Source: Phoronis australis
Taxonomy: Eukaryota; Animalia; Phoronida
DNA: 64,000 nucleotides
Assembly (NCBI GenBank): GCA_002633005.1
Contig: NMRA01000659.1
Location: 124,001-188,000 of the forward strand
Reading direction: 5' to 3'
The notes beneath the pieces are model-generated. The model made no database searches. It saw nothing but the letters and a program-made list of their open reading frames with translations, and was not told the origin of the DNA. Positions within the stretch are counted from its first letter, which is position 1; each line of letters starts with the position of its first letter. The position numbers and the translations under genes were made by a program. Shown piece by piece: positions 49,801-58,099 of the stretch.

Positions 49801-52144
49801 TCACATTAAAATTCACCAGGGGTTTTGGAGATGCAGCAGATGAAACTGGCCAGATGGAGATGATAGCATAATATGAACGCCCCCCACACAGACCAGTCGC
49901 AGACCCATTTCGTGTTCTGTTATGTACAAAATTCTGGCAGCCAAGCCCCAATTGGTGAATTTGCCAATTGAATACGCTGAACAATATACACATGGACACG
50001 TTATCTTTATGGTTTTCATTCATCAGTGCTGTCAAACAATCAAGGATTTGAAAAACAATGAATCGGAGAAGGCAAAAACGTGGTTTGAGTTTCTCAATAT
50101 TGACATGCATACCCTATCATAACCCTTACATATAAGTATAATATAGTCACATTGTGCTAATTACATAATCCACGCCAGCTGTTCTACAACTAATGCACAG
50201 CCAGTGAAAATGTAGCAAAATGTTAAGAGACCTTTGCCACTTGAACACAGGGGTATGACGAGACTAAAGTTCACTACCAGCTGTTAATGAAATCTCAATA
50301 ACAGCTGCTGCTTGTATCCCCAAAGACAAATCAATTTTCACAACCAAGAAACTGTTAGTAACATAAAGCATGGTGGTGAATTTTATATCTTCATGAGCTG
50401 CCAAGATTGATTACATAGTACATCAAAATAAAGAACATAGCATTCCAACAAGGTTTGAAAATCAAATAGGAGTTAGTCAAAAGTAAACGTCCAAAAAGGC
50501 AATCATGACAGTGTGTAGTTAACAACCATGTGATTACCTGTGTTCGTATAGCACAATATCAAGAGAGGCCTTTATTCAAAATGAAGAAATTAGAGCGCTG
50601 TTACAAAGATATTTTTTTGTTTTAGTGGTCACTGACACCAACTTAACAAGAGCATTTTTATTGCACATCAAAGGCATCTCAACGATAAAGTAACTTTGGG
50701 ATTCACCAAACAACATAAAGCGCCGGGGTGATATCAAAAAGAGTTGATTATGGTTAATGATACTGTGACAAATGGATAATATTGTTAACAAATACTCACC
50801 ATATGCATCACAACTATCCTGACATTCAAGAACACATTGGAGTTGACAAGCTGAAAATGTGTTAAAAATTAATAAACATCATTCATCATAAAGACCTGAT
50901 TAATCAAATATGGACTTCAATCTCTACATTTAAAACTACCTGATACATCTATTTAATGATGTTAGGATACATTAATAGGTTATTTCCTGTATTTAGACTC
51001 CTAAATCGTTTCGGAAATCAAAGAGCCGTCACATTTATTAACTGTTTGGTTTGAATTTAGAAATCTGCAGAGAAAATAACTAGCCAATGCACACAAAACT
51101 GTTCACAATTTACTGTGTGGCTAGAGGCAGACCTTGGCTGTTTGACTTCACTGCTGTTGCATGTGCTTTGAAAGTGGGTCAGCATGTTTTAACCAAATTT
51201 TCATTGTGTTACCTTTCACTATGGGCTTTAAAAGACAAACTGACTCAGTAATAAATATAATTTTGTCCACGCAAATCTTTTTGAATGAATGCAAGTCTAC
51301 ATGCAACAGGCTTCCCGGTTTGTAATCTTAAAGTTGATTTACTTCAGAAACCTTGCAATAATAGGATACCAGTGGAAACCTTTCCTACGTCATGTAAATG
51401 ATTCAACGTGATATTGTCATTTCTACACAGAGGAAGTTTAGGAAAAACAAAAGAAGTAAAATAAAAAGTACACATGTGATATCTGAAAAAAACAGCAAGC
51501 TGACTTACCGGAAACCCAGCTTTTGCACAAAGATATTCTGCAACCAAAAGTAGAGCGTTGACAGTGGCACCCCCACTTCCCACCCTCTGTGTAGGGTCCT
51601 CTACAGTCAGTATGAGTACATCCTTGTGGATCAGTCCTTTCTGCTGATGCAGTTCAAGCTCTGAAATGAAAAATTTAACACAGTTTCATTACAAAAGCAC
51701 TGCACAATGCTTGGCATGACGTCAACACACCAAATGTGACCTAGCAAAATTCCCAGGTCTCCAAGGAAACTGAGGTCGCCAAACCTCGCTGGCAAGAGCC
51801 AAAAACAAAATAAAAGAGACATTTGAAATGGTAAGTCAGCAAAATCAGCAAAAGTGTGCTAGCACAATAGATTTCGCACTATTTTGGAACTATTATGGGA
51901 TTTTCTCCTGCATACCAAGATTTGTGACGACAATGGGTTTAAACCAGAGTCTGTCCGCATTTGTGACAGCAGACATTTTCCCATTGCAATGCGTCACAAT
52001 GTCCAAGTTCACGTAAATGTTACGTCAAACCGCACACGTACTAGTAATGGTTTACGCACCTCTTTGAAAAGCATGAGCATTATTGCGATTCTGACAGGTG
52101 AGGACAAGTGCATCCCAAGGAGCCGCAGAATGCTGTCTGGACAT
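10756..52144 (-). CDS. FCSK: L-fucose kinase (fucokinase), spliced CDS of 27 coding exons, 1098 aa
   Basis: Manually joined exons, all GT-AG with matching phases, give one 3297-nt ORF. Fucokinase motifs: [86 protein letters not shown] (GHMP motif), [38 protein letters not shown]. Confidence 0.97.
10916..11469. mobile_element. Old TTAA-flanked MITE-like relic, with a related fragment at ~36480-36690
   Basis: TTAAG...CTTAA ends with weak inverted similarity; the internal block AAAACAATTCCTAACA...TTTCTGA recurs at 36565-36645. Confidence 0.35.
12108..12563 (+). CDS. Truncated KolX-like protein (Cys-rich, P2X7 C-terminal ballast-like N-half)
   Basis: aaaATGG start; YMFEP...[27 protein letters not shown]; after ~12420 it reads antisense into the transposase ORF. 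Confidence 0.75.
   Translation: MAGHGDPYHSDSSVSDGDLVHSNGDEEFFHGHSVGGYMFEPEYNEAEYAQAQTAVERNEAATEDRRGDTSWCKCTVCVVVPTSMECLCCSEFDETKPLPDTVKWTSAYHRGTTVPLARVSRDTLPLDGDLSTQTAYIMSCDSLATHLAPSK
12423..13196 (-). CDS. Truncated Kolobok transposase N-terminus: THAP domain, Ser-rich linker and CxxC...CxxGH...W zinc-binding motif; DDE core absent
   Basis: [10 protein letters not shown]...LHRFP...RRTW...RVCGKHF...RLKQDAIPS is a C2CH THAP signature; followed by [18 protein letters not shown]...[11 protein letters not shown]. Confidence 0.85.
   Translation of the reverse strand: MPHCCCVPGCTNYRFTRALGVPLHRFPMDDTLRRTWLVRVKSAALPVHATYKAVENYRVCGKHFLPSDYERDLYAELMKVPAKQRLKQDAIPSVLIPGSAPSPPPRCAFLKREASRAVAGTVTGASGGTSSTVTRASERTPERAIPGTSSDSPCAVFSSPEPLSSPAAILSSGSDSRPSSTPSEEDSSSSSEQISEPNFDKFIVDLSKVLELFRRCQVCGKGVTRHDVSSLGAQVTIQWECVAGHSGKWDSCSSVVC
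14006..14229 (-). CDS. FCSK: FCSK coding exon 26
   Basis: attcag|(G)[25 protein letters not shown]...[16 protein letters not shown]...LLKDSK|gtgagt. Confidence 0.97.
14620..14719 (-). CDS. FCSK: FCSK coding exon 25
   Basis: cttcag|[34 protein letters not shown]|gttagt. Confidence 0.94.
15457..15675 (-). CDS. FCSK: FCSK coding exon 24
   Basis: tcacag|[26 protein letters not shown]...[14 protein letters not shown]|gtgaga. Confidence 0.97.
16162..16648. repeat. Minisatellite, 28-31-bp unit, ~16 copies
   Basis: Consensus GAGTCACTACAGTACATACATGTGCTCAGTC. Confidence 0.95.
16672..16766 (-). CDS. FCSK: FCSK coding exon 23
   Basis: cttcag|(G)[31 protein letters not shown]|gtaagt; completes the GHMP ATP-binding loop PHGSGLGTSS. 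Confidence 0.95.
16747..17068. repeat. 46/40-bp tandem repeat (~7 units) containing the exon 23 splice acceptor
   Basis: Unit GATACTGCTYGTACCTAAGCCTGAAG(TAAAGA)AATAATATCTACTT; the first unit overlaps exon 23. Confidence 0.93.
17256..18835. mobile_element. Non-autonomous TIR DNA transposon (1580 bp)
   Basis: 34-bp TIR GTGACCCACCAC(G/C)ACAAAATGAGTCTTAAGTCGG with 1 mismatch, flanked on both sides by ATAT; no recognisable coding sequence. Confidence 0.85.
19503..19640 (-). CDS. FCSK: FCSK coding exon 22
   Basis: ccccag|(G)[46 protein letters not shown]|gtaagt. Confidence 0.96.
19974..20077 (-). CDS. FCSK: FCSK coding exon 21
   Basis: tttcag|(D)[35 protein letters not shown]|gtagga. Confidence 0.93.
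20880..20914 (-). CDS. FCSK: FCSK coding exon 20 (35-nt mini-exon)
   Basis: ttgcag|[13 protein letters not shown]|gtaagt; conserved PIGA.ARRIP motif. Confidence 0.93.
21237..22963 (-). mobile_element. HINE family 1, copy C
   Basis: Same hairpin/subTIR left end, ~3 central units, degenerate terminal palindrome at ~22931-22961. Confidence 0.78.
23407..23571 (-). CDS. FCSK: FCSK coding exon 19
   Basis: ttacag|[55 protein letters not shown]|gtcagt. Confidence 0.97.
27241..27387 (-). CDS. FCSK: FCSK coding exon 18
   Basis: acgtag|[49 protein letters not shown]|gtcagt. Confidence 0.96.
28040..28600 (-). mobile_element. Degraded HINE family 1 fragment
   Basis: CACTAG(A/G)G, CCAAATTTCA and CTCGAAAA...CCACTAGGTGG motifs. 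Confidence 0.5.
28669..28785. repeat. 13-bp tandem repeat (TTTGGCAGATTTA), ~9 copies
   Basis: Directly visible near-perfect array. Confidence 0.95.
29132..29280 (-). CDS. FCSK: FCSK coding exon 17 (identical copy b; probably an assembly duplicate)
   Basis: Identical exon and splice sites 759 bp away. The copies are separated by the N at 29523. Including both would frameshift (149 nt). Confidence 0.5.
29891..30039 (-). CDS. FCSK: FCSK coding exon 17 (copy a)
   Basis: ttctag|(V)[49 protein letters not shown]|gtgaac. Confidence 0.9.
30297..30608 (+). mobile_element. Penelope-like retroelement 3' fragment with inverted pseudo-LTR tail
   Basis: GIY-YIG C-terminal peptide [10 protein letters not shown]...[13 protein letters not shown]; perfect 33-bp inverted repeat (30346-78 and 30569-601); flanking 15-bp direct repeat TACTATTCAAGTCAT (30282-96 and 30609-23). 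Confidence 0.82.
30530..30566 (+). ncRNA. Degenerate minimal hammerhead-ribozyme-like motif in the Penelope pLTR
   Basis: TCGACAAA-GACCTGG-CGGA-CCAGGTC-GAAAC-GTC: perfect helix II followed by the GAAA box; CUGANGA box mutated. Confidence 0.5.
31150..31730 (+). mobile_element. Penelope-like retroelement fragment (GIY-YIG endonuclease region), decayed
   Basis: SEKLHRAFR...KPINT...LVKPKD...CVVYQIQC...[18 protein letters not shown]...AIGDH, then IKEA and LNRD in shifted frames. Confidence 0.85.
31641..31680 (+). ncRNA. Degenerate minimal hammerhead-like motif
   Basis: GTGATCAA-GGGCCTG-AGCTC-CAGGCTC-GAAACGTTA, just downstream of the endonuclease-coding end. Confidence 0.45.
31796..32275. mobile_element. 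hAT-type MITE (480 bp)
   Basis: CAG...CTG imperfect TIRs and a perfect 8-bp TSD ATCCTTGG (31788-95 and 32276-83); repeated GGAC(A/G)CCC motifs. Confidence 0.8.
32497..33924 (-). mobile_element. HINE family 1, copy D (hairpin end missing)
   Basis: Three ~450-bp units, GGAC/AGAC microsatellite, terminal palindrome plus AAAAA. Confidence 0.8.
34163..34299 (-). CDS. FCSK: FCSK coding exon 16
   Basis: ttgcag|(R)[46 protein letters not shown]|gtaaaa. Confidence 0.92.
35735..35812 (-). CDS. FCSK: FCSK coding exon 15
   Basis: ccccag|(R)[27 protein letters not shown]|gtaacc. Confidence 0.93.
36761..36882 (-). CDS. FCSK: FCSK coding exon 14
   Basis: ttatag|[42 protein letters not shown]|gtgaga. Confidence 0.93.
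37682..37783 (-). CDS. FCSK: FCSK coding exon 13
   Basis: tgacag|[34 protein letters not shown]|gtaagg. Confidence 0.93.
38213..38316. mobile_element. ~100-bp palindromic MITE; related copy at ~27030-27105
   Basis: GTCTGATATAACG...CGTTATATCAGAC inverted ends; the internal ACCAGTTTTCTC.ACTGAATAAC.GGCATC is shared with the 27-kb copy. Confidence 0.6.
39463..39579 (-). CDS. FCSK: FCSK coding exon 12
   Basis: cattag|[39 protein letters not shown]|gtgaga. Confidence 0.9.
39997..40200 (+). pseudogene. Decayed THAP-domain fragment (transposon relic)
   Basis: MV/(frameshift)VGCFVAGC...W...[13 protein letters not shown] is a THAP C2CH pattern; the ATG is out of frame by 1 nt. Confidence 0.65.
40720..40890 (-). 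CDS. FCSK: FCSK coding exon 11
   Basis: tatcag|[57 protein letters not shown]|gtatgt; beta-helix-like repeat segment. Confidence 0.92.
41300..41990. repeat. Degenerate ~29-bp satellite-like array
   Basis: Repeated ATGATTTTCTGAATTGAAGCAGTCATATT variants, more than 15 copies. Confidence 0.8.
42670..42845. repeat. Degenerate ~33-bp tandem repeat
   Basis: CCAGAAGGTGTG.ATGGCAGTGAC(T/C)GATAA recurring ~5 times. Confidence 0.75.
42969..43090 (-). CDS. FCSK: FCSK coding exon 10
   Basis: ttccag|(V)[40 protein letters not shown]|gtacta; phases fit the neighbouring exons. Confidence 0.88.
43161..43299 (-). mobile_element. HINE family 1, minimal copy E (both ends, no central array)
   Basis: CAACGC-GAA-GCGTTG hairpin and ATGCGCCCAC subTIR joined almost directly to GGATGGACAGACGG and the terminal palindrome. 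Confidence 0.8.
43996..44194 (-). CDS. FCSK: FCSK coding exon 9
   Basis: ttgcag|[20 protein letters not shown]...[18 protein letters not shown]|gtatgt. Confidence 0.94.
45056..45175 (-). CDS. FCSK: FCSK coding exon 8
   Basis: tctcag|[40 protein letters not shown]|gtaaga. Confidence 0.95.
45720..45800 (-). CDS. FCSK: FCSK coding exon 7
   Basis: ttttag|[27 protein letters not shown]|gtaagt. Confidence 0.92.
46338..46438 (-). CDS. FCSK: FCSK coding exon 6
   Basis: ttgcag|(N)[33 protein letters not shown]|gtatgg; conserved HGVY motif. Confidence 0.92.
46428..46523. repeat. 42-bp tandem repeat (2.3 copies) duplicating the exon 6 splice acceptor
   Basis: CCACTGGATATCTGCAACAGTGTA(T/C)CAAATGTAATACCAAGG x2 plus CCACTGGATATC. 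Confidence 0.93.
46770..46985 (-). mobile_element. tRNA-derived SINE-like repeat, copy 1
   Basis: Minus strand: A-box TGACTCAGTGG, stem TCTGC/GCAGA, B-box GTTCGAGTC; ~140-bp downstream body shared with copy 2. Confidence 0.65.
47045..47245 (-). mobile_element. tRNA-derived SINE-like repeat, copy 2
   Basis: TGACTCAGTGGTTAGAGCGTCTGC...GCAGAAGGTCCTGGGTTCGAGTCCC; same body as copy 1. Confidence 0.65.
47409..47481 (-). CDS. FCSK: FCSK coding exon 5
   Basis: gttcag|[25 protein letters not shown]|gtaagt. Confidence 0.96.
48602..48730 (-). CDS. FCSK: FCSK coding exon 4
   Basis: tttcag|[43 protein letters not shown]|gtaaca. Confidence 0.95.
48816..49890 (-). mobile_element. Degraded HINE family 1 copy F, with a nested tRNA-SINE head at ~49605-49670 (+)
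   Basis: ACAAGA...AAATGTGCCCAC left end, CCACTA motifs, CAGATGGAGATGA.AGCATAAT right end; nested TGGCTCAGTGG...GGGTTTGAATCC. Confidence 0.55.
50800..50850 (-). CDS. FCSK: FCSK coding exon 3
   Basis: tttcag|[17 protein letters not shown]|gtgagt. Confidence 0.92.
51509..51660 (-). CDS. FCSK: FCSK coding exon 2
   Basis: tttcag|(E)[50 protein letters not shown]|gtaagt. Confidence 0.96.
52060..52144 (-). CDS. FCSK: FCSK coding exon 1 (exon extends to 52162 with 18 nt of 5'UTR)
   Basis: tttcag|ATAGCTGAGTGAAGCACC-ATG; [29 protein letters not shown]|gtgcgt; matches the animal FUK N-terminus pattern W....LTCQ......FQRE. Confidence 0.93.
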
Positions 52145-53368
52145 GGTGCTTCACTCAGCTATCTGAAAAGAAATGCAGGTATGGTAATTCAAAGAAGATG
52201 TTAATGCATATTACCCTGATGGAGAGTAATTTATTCTGGCAATACAATACAATACAATACAGCCCTCAAGACATTTGGAACAGGGAAGAAATATTGGTTT
52301 ATGGATCACGATGGCATTAGCGTTGAGAGAGTAGAGCGAGTTGCACTTGATCAGTTGCATGCTCCAGTGTCAACTGCATATCTAAGCACAACTGGGGCAG
52401 GGTGGAAAGGGATCATCTTTCAATGCACTTGCGTAATATAGCGTATGTGGGTGATCCACTGGCATTCCATAGGATTTGGACGTTCGCTAATGTTCATGTG
52501 AGCATGTGCAGACAGCCTTTCTGTAAATGACTCGTGCTGATCCAATGTCGTGTAAATGCGAGCAAGTCGCACCACGACAACTCACACTGTGACAACTGTT
52601 CCCCATGTGAAAACAAATCAACAGATGCCTGTATTATAATTCATAGCTATCGTTGCTGTGTTATAATTTAATTGTAGCTGCGAAGGGTAACAGCTATAAT
52701 TAGAGATATTCATGCAAACAACACTTGTTGTCATGCTTTCTCTCATTCAGCTCAAATCCTTCGACTCTTAATCATTCAGTAGTCTACAACAAATCATACA
52801 AACTATTAAGAACCTTGCTAAGTATTGCTATGTACTGTAAATAATGAAGAAGAAACGAAACAAAATACTGTCACAGTTACCGGACAAAAAGCCAAAACCC
52901 ATAATGACCTAGAAAATAACCTTACTTACATGTACAGGAATAGAGAGCTACAACAAAAACAGTATACATACTCTGCAAACCACTTAATGTGTCAATCAAT
53001 CATGTCGCTGAAACCTCAATGCATTTTAGACTCAATAAAATCAATGAAAAAATGGCAACCCAGCTACTATACAAATAAACTGAAAGCTCAAATAACTTCC
53101 TAAGGACAGTTCACAATGGAGAAGGATTACATTGCAAGTAGTCAATTAAACTACTGGGGTATAACTTGTCTCAAGTCAGCGGAACATACAAACTACTAAA
53201 TAAATACTAAAAAATTCGTTCTCTTGTTCTACACATCTCCATTTCAGAAAGCCTAATTAAATTACAAAGTGCAATAGCATGGAAAGGTCATATGACTTTG
53301 TAAACTTAATGCGGCAAAATAGACTGTTATTCAGCTACACAGCCACATGGTTGAATGCACAACATAAC

Positions 53369-55587
53369 AAACGAGAGCACTCGGAGGAGCGACACTTGGC
53401 GGAATTAATCGAAAAGACGACGATGAGGGAGACGACGACAATCATGACGATCAAGGCAGCAATTATGAATAAAACGAGAACATTCATGTGACTAGCGAAG
53501 AAATCAATTAGAGAGCATACAATCAACTACAACAAAGAACAATAGATGGCGCAACATGACGGTCCAGTCTACAGTAGGACAGTGCTGGCTGGGTCAGTCT
53601 GGGTCAACTAGGAATTACCAAAACAAAGTGAACTGAAAGCCAGCCAGATGGGTCCTTGCATAGGTGACCGAAGGAACAACGGTATCCGAAAATCTCAACT
53701 AATTCAAAAAGTAGACATCGTAGTGCAAAATGGACAATATCTTCTGAAAGCCGGTTCAAAACTCTATCTAAAGTGGTAGTTTGGCAAAAATCCAAAACAT
53801 TTTTGAGAAAATTGAAAATTTGCCGGTTTTTTTAAATTCAAAGTCAAATAACTCGAGAACGGTAAGTCTGAGAAATACGCTGTCTAAGACTTTTTGAAAG
53901 GCCATACTTCAAGGAATCCACATGCAACAATTCACGTCATTTCCTCTTCCCGTTAAAAATGCGACACCAGAACGACTGAAACCGGGTGAACATGTGCCAC
54001 AGCCGCCATCTTGAAAGTGACTTCCGGTTCAATAATTTTTTATAAAAGCTTATTAAACTCAACAAACACGTGACCAGTTTAAAAGTGATTGGTTTACAAA
54101 TGCGCCCTCTACAGGAGAAAACGTTTTTGGCCATATTTCGGGATGCACAGGCGCCACTTCCAATATTTCCGCCATCTTTGACCGGAAGTCAACGATTTTC
54201 TACACACTTGTAGCACATGCGTTCTAGTAAATTCGTACCGATTTTCAGCCATGCACGTCGAAAAATGCGGCCTTTACGAGCATTTGACTGTGAAATCGGA
54301 TACATGACCAAAAACAATAGGCTTCCAGGACTTTTCGATCTACACGTTGTGAGCAAATTTCGTGAAAATCGGACGAAAATTGCGGCCTGTAGAGTGCGAA
54401 CAAACAAAGAAAAAAATGAAAGCGCTCCGAGGAGCGAACCTTGGTGAAATGAACCAAAAAGATGACGATAAAGATGATGACGGAGATGACGAATATGACG
54501 ACGATGGTGGCGAGGATGAACAAAAGAAGTAATAACATACACATGACGAACGTAGAAGTCTGAAATCATTAAGAAAAAGGCTAGTCTTGAGCGACACTTG
54601 GCGAAATTAAGGAAAAGACAACGACGGAGATGATGACGAAGATGATGACGAATATGATGATGGGGGTGGCGATGATGAACAACATCACAACATTCTTATG
54701 ATGAACTTAGATGTCATAAATCAATAAGAAATAGGCTACAGTCTAGTTCAATAGAATATAAACCAACATCAATGCAGCAAGAGCGCTCAACAAAGGAACA
54801 GCGTTATCATAAAATCTCAAATAACTTGAAAAGTAGACGTCCAACCGAAAAATGGAAAACATATTCTGAAAGCCCGTTCAAAATTCTATCTAAACTGATG
54901 GTATCGCCTAATTCCGTAAATGTTTCGAAAAAAATGAAATTTTGCGTTTTTTTTAAGAAATTCAAACTCGAAAAAGGTAAGTGTGAGAAAAAAATTGTTA
55001 CAGGCCATTTGAAAGAATATACTTCAAAGAATCCACATGCAAAAAATCACGTCTTTTTCTCTTCCCGTTTAAAATCGCACTCCAGCACGACTGAAAATGG
55101 GTTAACATGTGCCAGATCCGCCATCCTGAAAGCAACTTCCGGTTTTTTGGCTTTGTATAATAGCATGTCATAAGAAACTAATACCTGTAAAAATTCGAAG
55201 GAATTGGTCTTATAATGCGCCCTCTACAGGAGAAAACCTTTTTAGGCCAAAATCGAGGTGCGCATGTGAATCGCCGATATTTCCGTTATCTTTCACCGGA
55301 AGTACACAATTTCCGATATACTTGTAGAAAACTTCCGCCATCTTGGATCCGATTTTGACGAAAAACAATAGGCTTCCAGTACTTCCGGATGTACGTGTTA
55401 TGTGTAAATTTCGTGATGATCGGATGAAAATTGCGACCTGTATCGTGCGAACAAAAAAAACAAAACAAACTTAGTGACAGAGCAACATACTTGACGAAAT
55501 TTTCTTGGCGAAATAAATTTCGCCAAGTAAATTTCGTCAACTTGCTGTCAGACCAACATACTTGGCGGAAGAATTCCGCCAAGTAAC
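53369..55587 (-). mobile_element. HINE-type element, family 2, complete copy
   Basis: Left end has a small hairpin-like motif and subTIR ACTTGGCGGAATT; right end has the palindrome TACTTGGCGGAA-GAA-TTCCGCCAAGTA; internal diverged ~1-kb modules and GAT/GAC-rich tracts. Confidence 0.7.
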
Positions 55588-55647
55588 TATGGAGGTACTC
55601 TAAACCAATGCACACAGGAATAGCAGCACACAAAAACAGTCTGCAGT

Positions 55648-57955
55648 TATGTTGGTCTTCCATCAAGTTTTTTTTTGTTTGTTCGCACGATACAGGTCGC
55701 AATTTTCGTCCGCTCATCACGAAATTTACATAACACGTAGTTCCAGAAGTAATGGATACCTATTGTTTTTCGTCAAAATCGGAACCAAGATGGCGGCTGT
55801 GGCGGCCATTTTGTTTTCTTTTAAAATTCAAAGGCTTCTGGAGGCTACAATTTTTTACGTACAGGTTTGAAACTCAACACAATTAATGGCCTGGATGTGC
55901 ACTACAAGTGTACTGGAAATTGTTTACTTCCGGTTAAAGATGGTGGAAATATTGGCATTCGCGCATGCGCACCTTGATTTCGGGGAAAAAACGTTTTCTC
56001 CTGTAGAGGGCGCAATATAGGGCCAATTCCTTTGAATTTTTGCAGTTATTAGTTTTTTATGACTTGCTATTATATAAAGCCAAAACACCGGAAGTTGCTT
56101 TCAAGATGGCGGTTCTGGCGCATGTTGACCTATTTTCAGTCGTGCTGAGGTGCCACTTAAACGGGTGGAGAAAATGACGTGAATTTTTTTCTCAGACTTA
56201 CCGTTTTCGAGATATTTGACTTTAAATTTCTTAAAAAAATGCAAAATTTCATTTTTTTTCGAAAAAATTTACGGAATTGTGTGATACTATCAATTTGGAT
56301 AGATTTTTGAACGGGCTTTCAGAAGATATTTTCCATTTTCCGCTACAATGTCTACTTTTCGAGTTATTTGAGATTTTCTGATAACACTGCTCCTTTGTTG
56401 AGCGCTGATTTTTGCTGCATTGATGTTGGTTTAGCTTCTATTGAACTAGACTATAGCCTATTTCTTATTGATTTATGACATCTAAGTTCGCCATATGAAT
56501 GTTACGATGTTGTTCATTATCTCCGCCACCATCATCATATTTGTCATCATCTCCTACGTCATCTTTTCTTCAGCTAATTTCGCCAAGTGTCGCTCAAGAC
56601 TGTAGCCTATCTCTTAGTGATTTCTGACATCTACTTCCGTCATATGAATGATATCACAACTTGCATTGTCCTTATTTCTATTGTTCATCCTCACCACCAT
56701 CGTCATCATATTCGTCATCTTTGTCATCATCTTTATCGTCATCTTTTTGGTTAATTTCGCCAAGTGTCGCTCTTCGGAGCGCTTTCATTTTTTTGTTTGG
56801 TCACACTCTACAGGTCGCAATTTTCGTCCGATTTTCACAAAATTTGCACACGACGTGTAGATCTGAAAGTCCTGGAAGCATATTGTTTTTGGTCATGATC
56901 GGATACAAAATGGCGGACGTGGCTGCCATTTTGTATCCGATTTCACACTCAAATGCTCGTAGGGGCCGCATTTTTCGACGTACATGGCTGAAAATCGGTA
57001 CGATTATACTAGAACGCAAGTGCTACAAGTGAAAATTGTTGACTTCCGGTCAAAGATGGCGGAAATATTGGAAGTGGCGCATGCACACCCCGAAATATGG
57101 CCAAAAACCTTTTTCTCCTGTAGAGGGCGCATTTGCAAACCAATCACTTTCAAACTGGTCACGTGTTTGTTGAGTTTAATAAGCTTTTATAAAAGTTTAT
57201 TTAACCGGAAGTCACTTTCAAGATGGTGGCTGTGGCACATGTTCACACGGTTTCAATCGTTCTGCTGTCGCGTTTTTAACGGGAAGAGCAAATGACGTGA
57301 ATTTTTTGCATGTGGATTCCTTTAAGTGTGGTCTTTCAAAAAGTCTACGAGAGCGTATCTCTCAGACTCACGGTTTTCGAGTTATTTGACTTTGAATTTC
57401 AAAAAACCGGCAAATTTTCAATTTTTTTGAAATCTTTTTTGATTTTTGCCAAACTACCACTTTAGATAGAGTTTTGAACCGGCTTCCAGAAAATATATTC
57501 CATTTTGCGCTACAACGTCTACTTTTTGAATTATTCGAGATTTTCGGATACCGTTGTTCCTTTGGTCACCTATGCAAGCACGCAGCTGGCTGGCTTTCAG
57601 TTCACTTTGTTTTGGTTATGCCTTGTTGACCCCGACTGACTCAGCCAGCACTGTCCTACTGTAGACTGGAATTCCACACCAAATATTTTAAACATAACTT
57701 TGCTCTGCAGACTGTCACATAGCGCCACCTATTTTGGAATGTGGGAACAAAGCATGGCTCGTCCGTCATGTTGCGCCATCTATTGTTCTTTATTGTAGTT
57801 GATTGTACGCTCTCTATTTGATTTCTTCGCTAGTCACATTAATGTTATCGTGTTATTCATAATTGCCACCTTGATCGTCATGATTGTCGTCGTCCTTCCC
57901 ATCGTCGTCTTTTCGATTACTTCCGCCAAGTGTCGCTCCTCCGAGCGCTCTCGTT
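55648..57955 (+). mobile_element. HINE-type element, family 2, second copy in opposite orientation (terminal palindrome missing)
   Basis: Colinear reverse complement of 53369-55470; ends TTCCGCCAAGTGTCGCTCCTCCGAGCGCTCTCGTT. Confidence 0.72.
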
Positions 57956-58099
57956 CTTTTCTTTCTGACCTTTTCCAGAGCTTAATATCCTCTCTCAAAT
58001 GACTCAACTTTCAACTTCGAAACTTTCCAAGTACATTTGAGTCGTCTATGAATTTTGTAAAATATATTTTTGGCTCAAAATGCACTGGAAGTGATCAAT

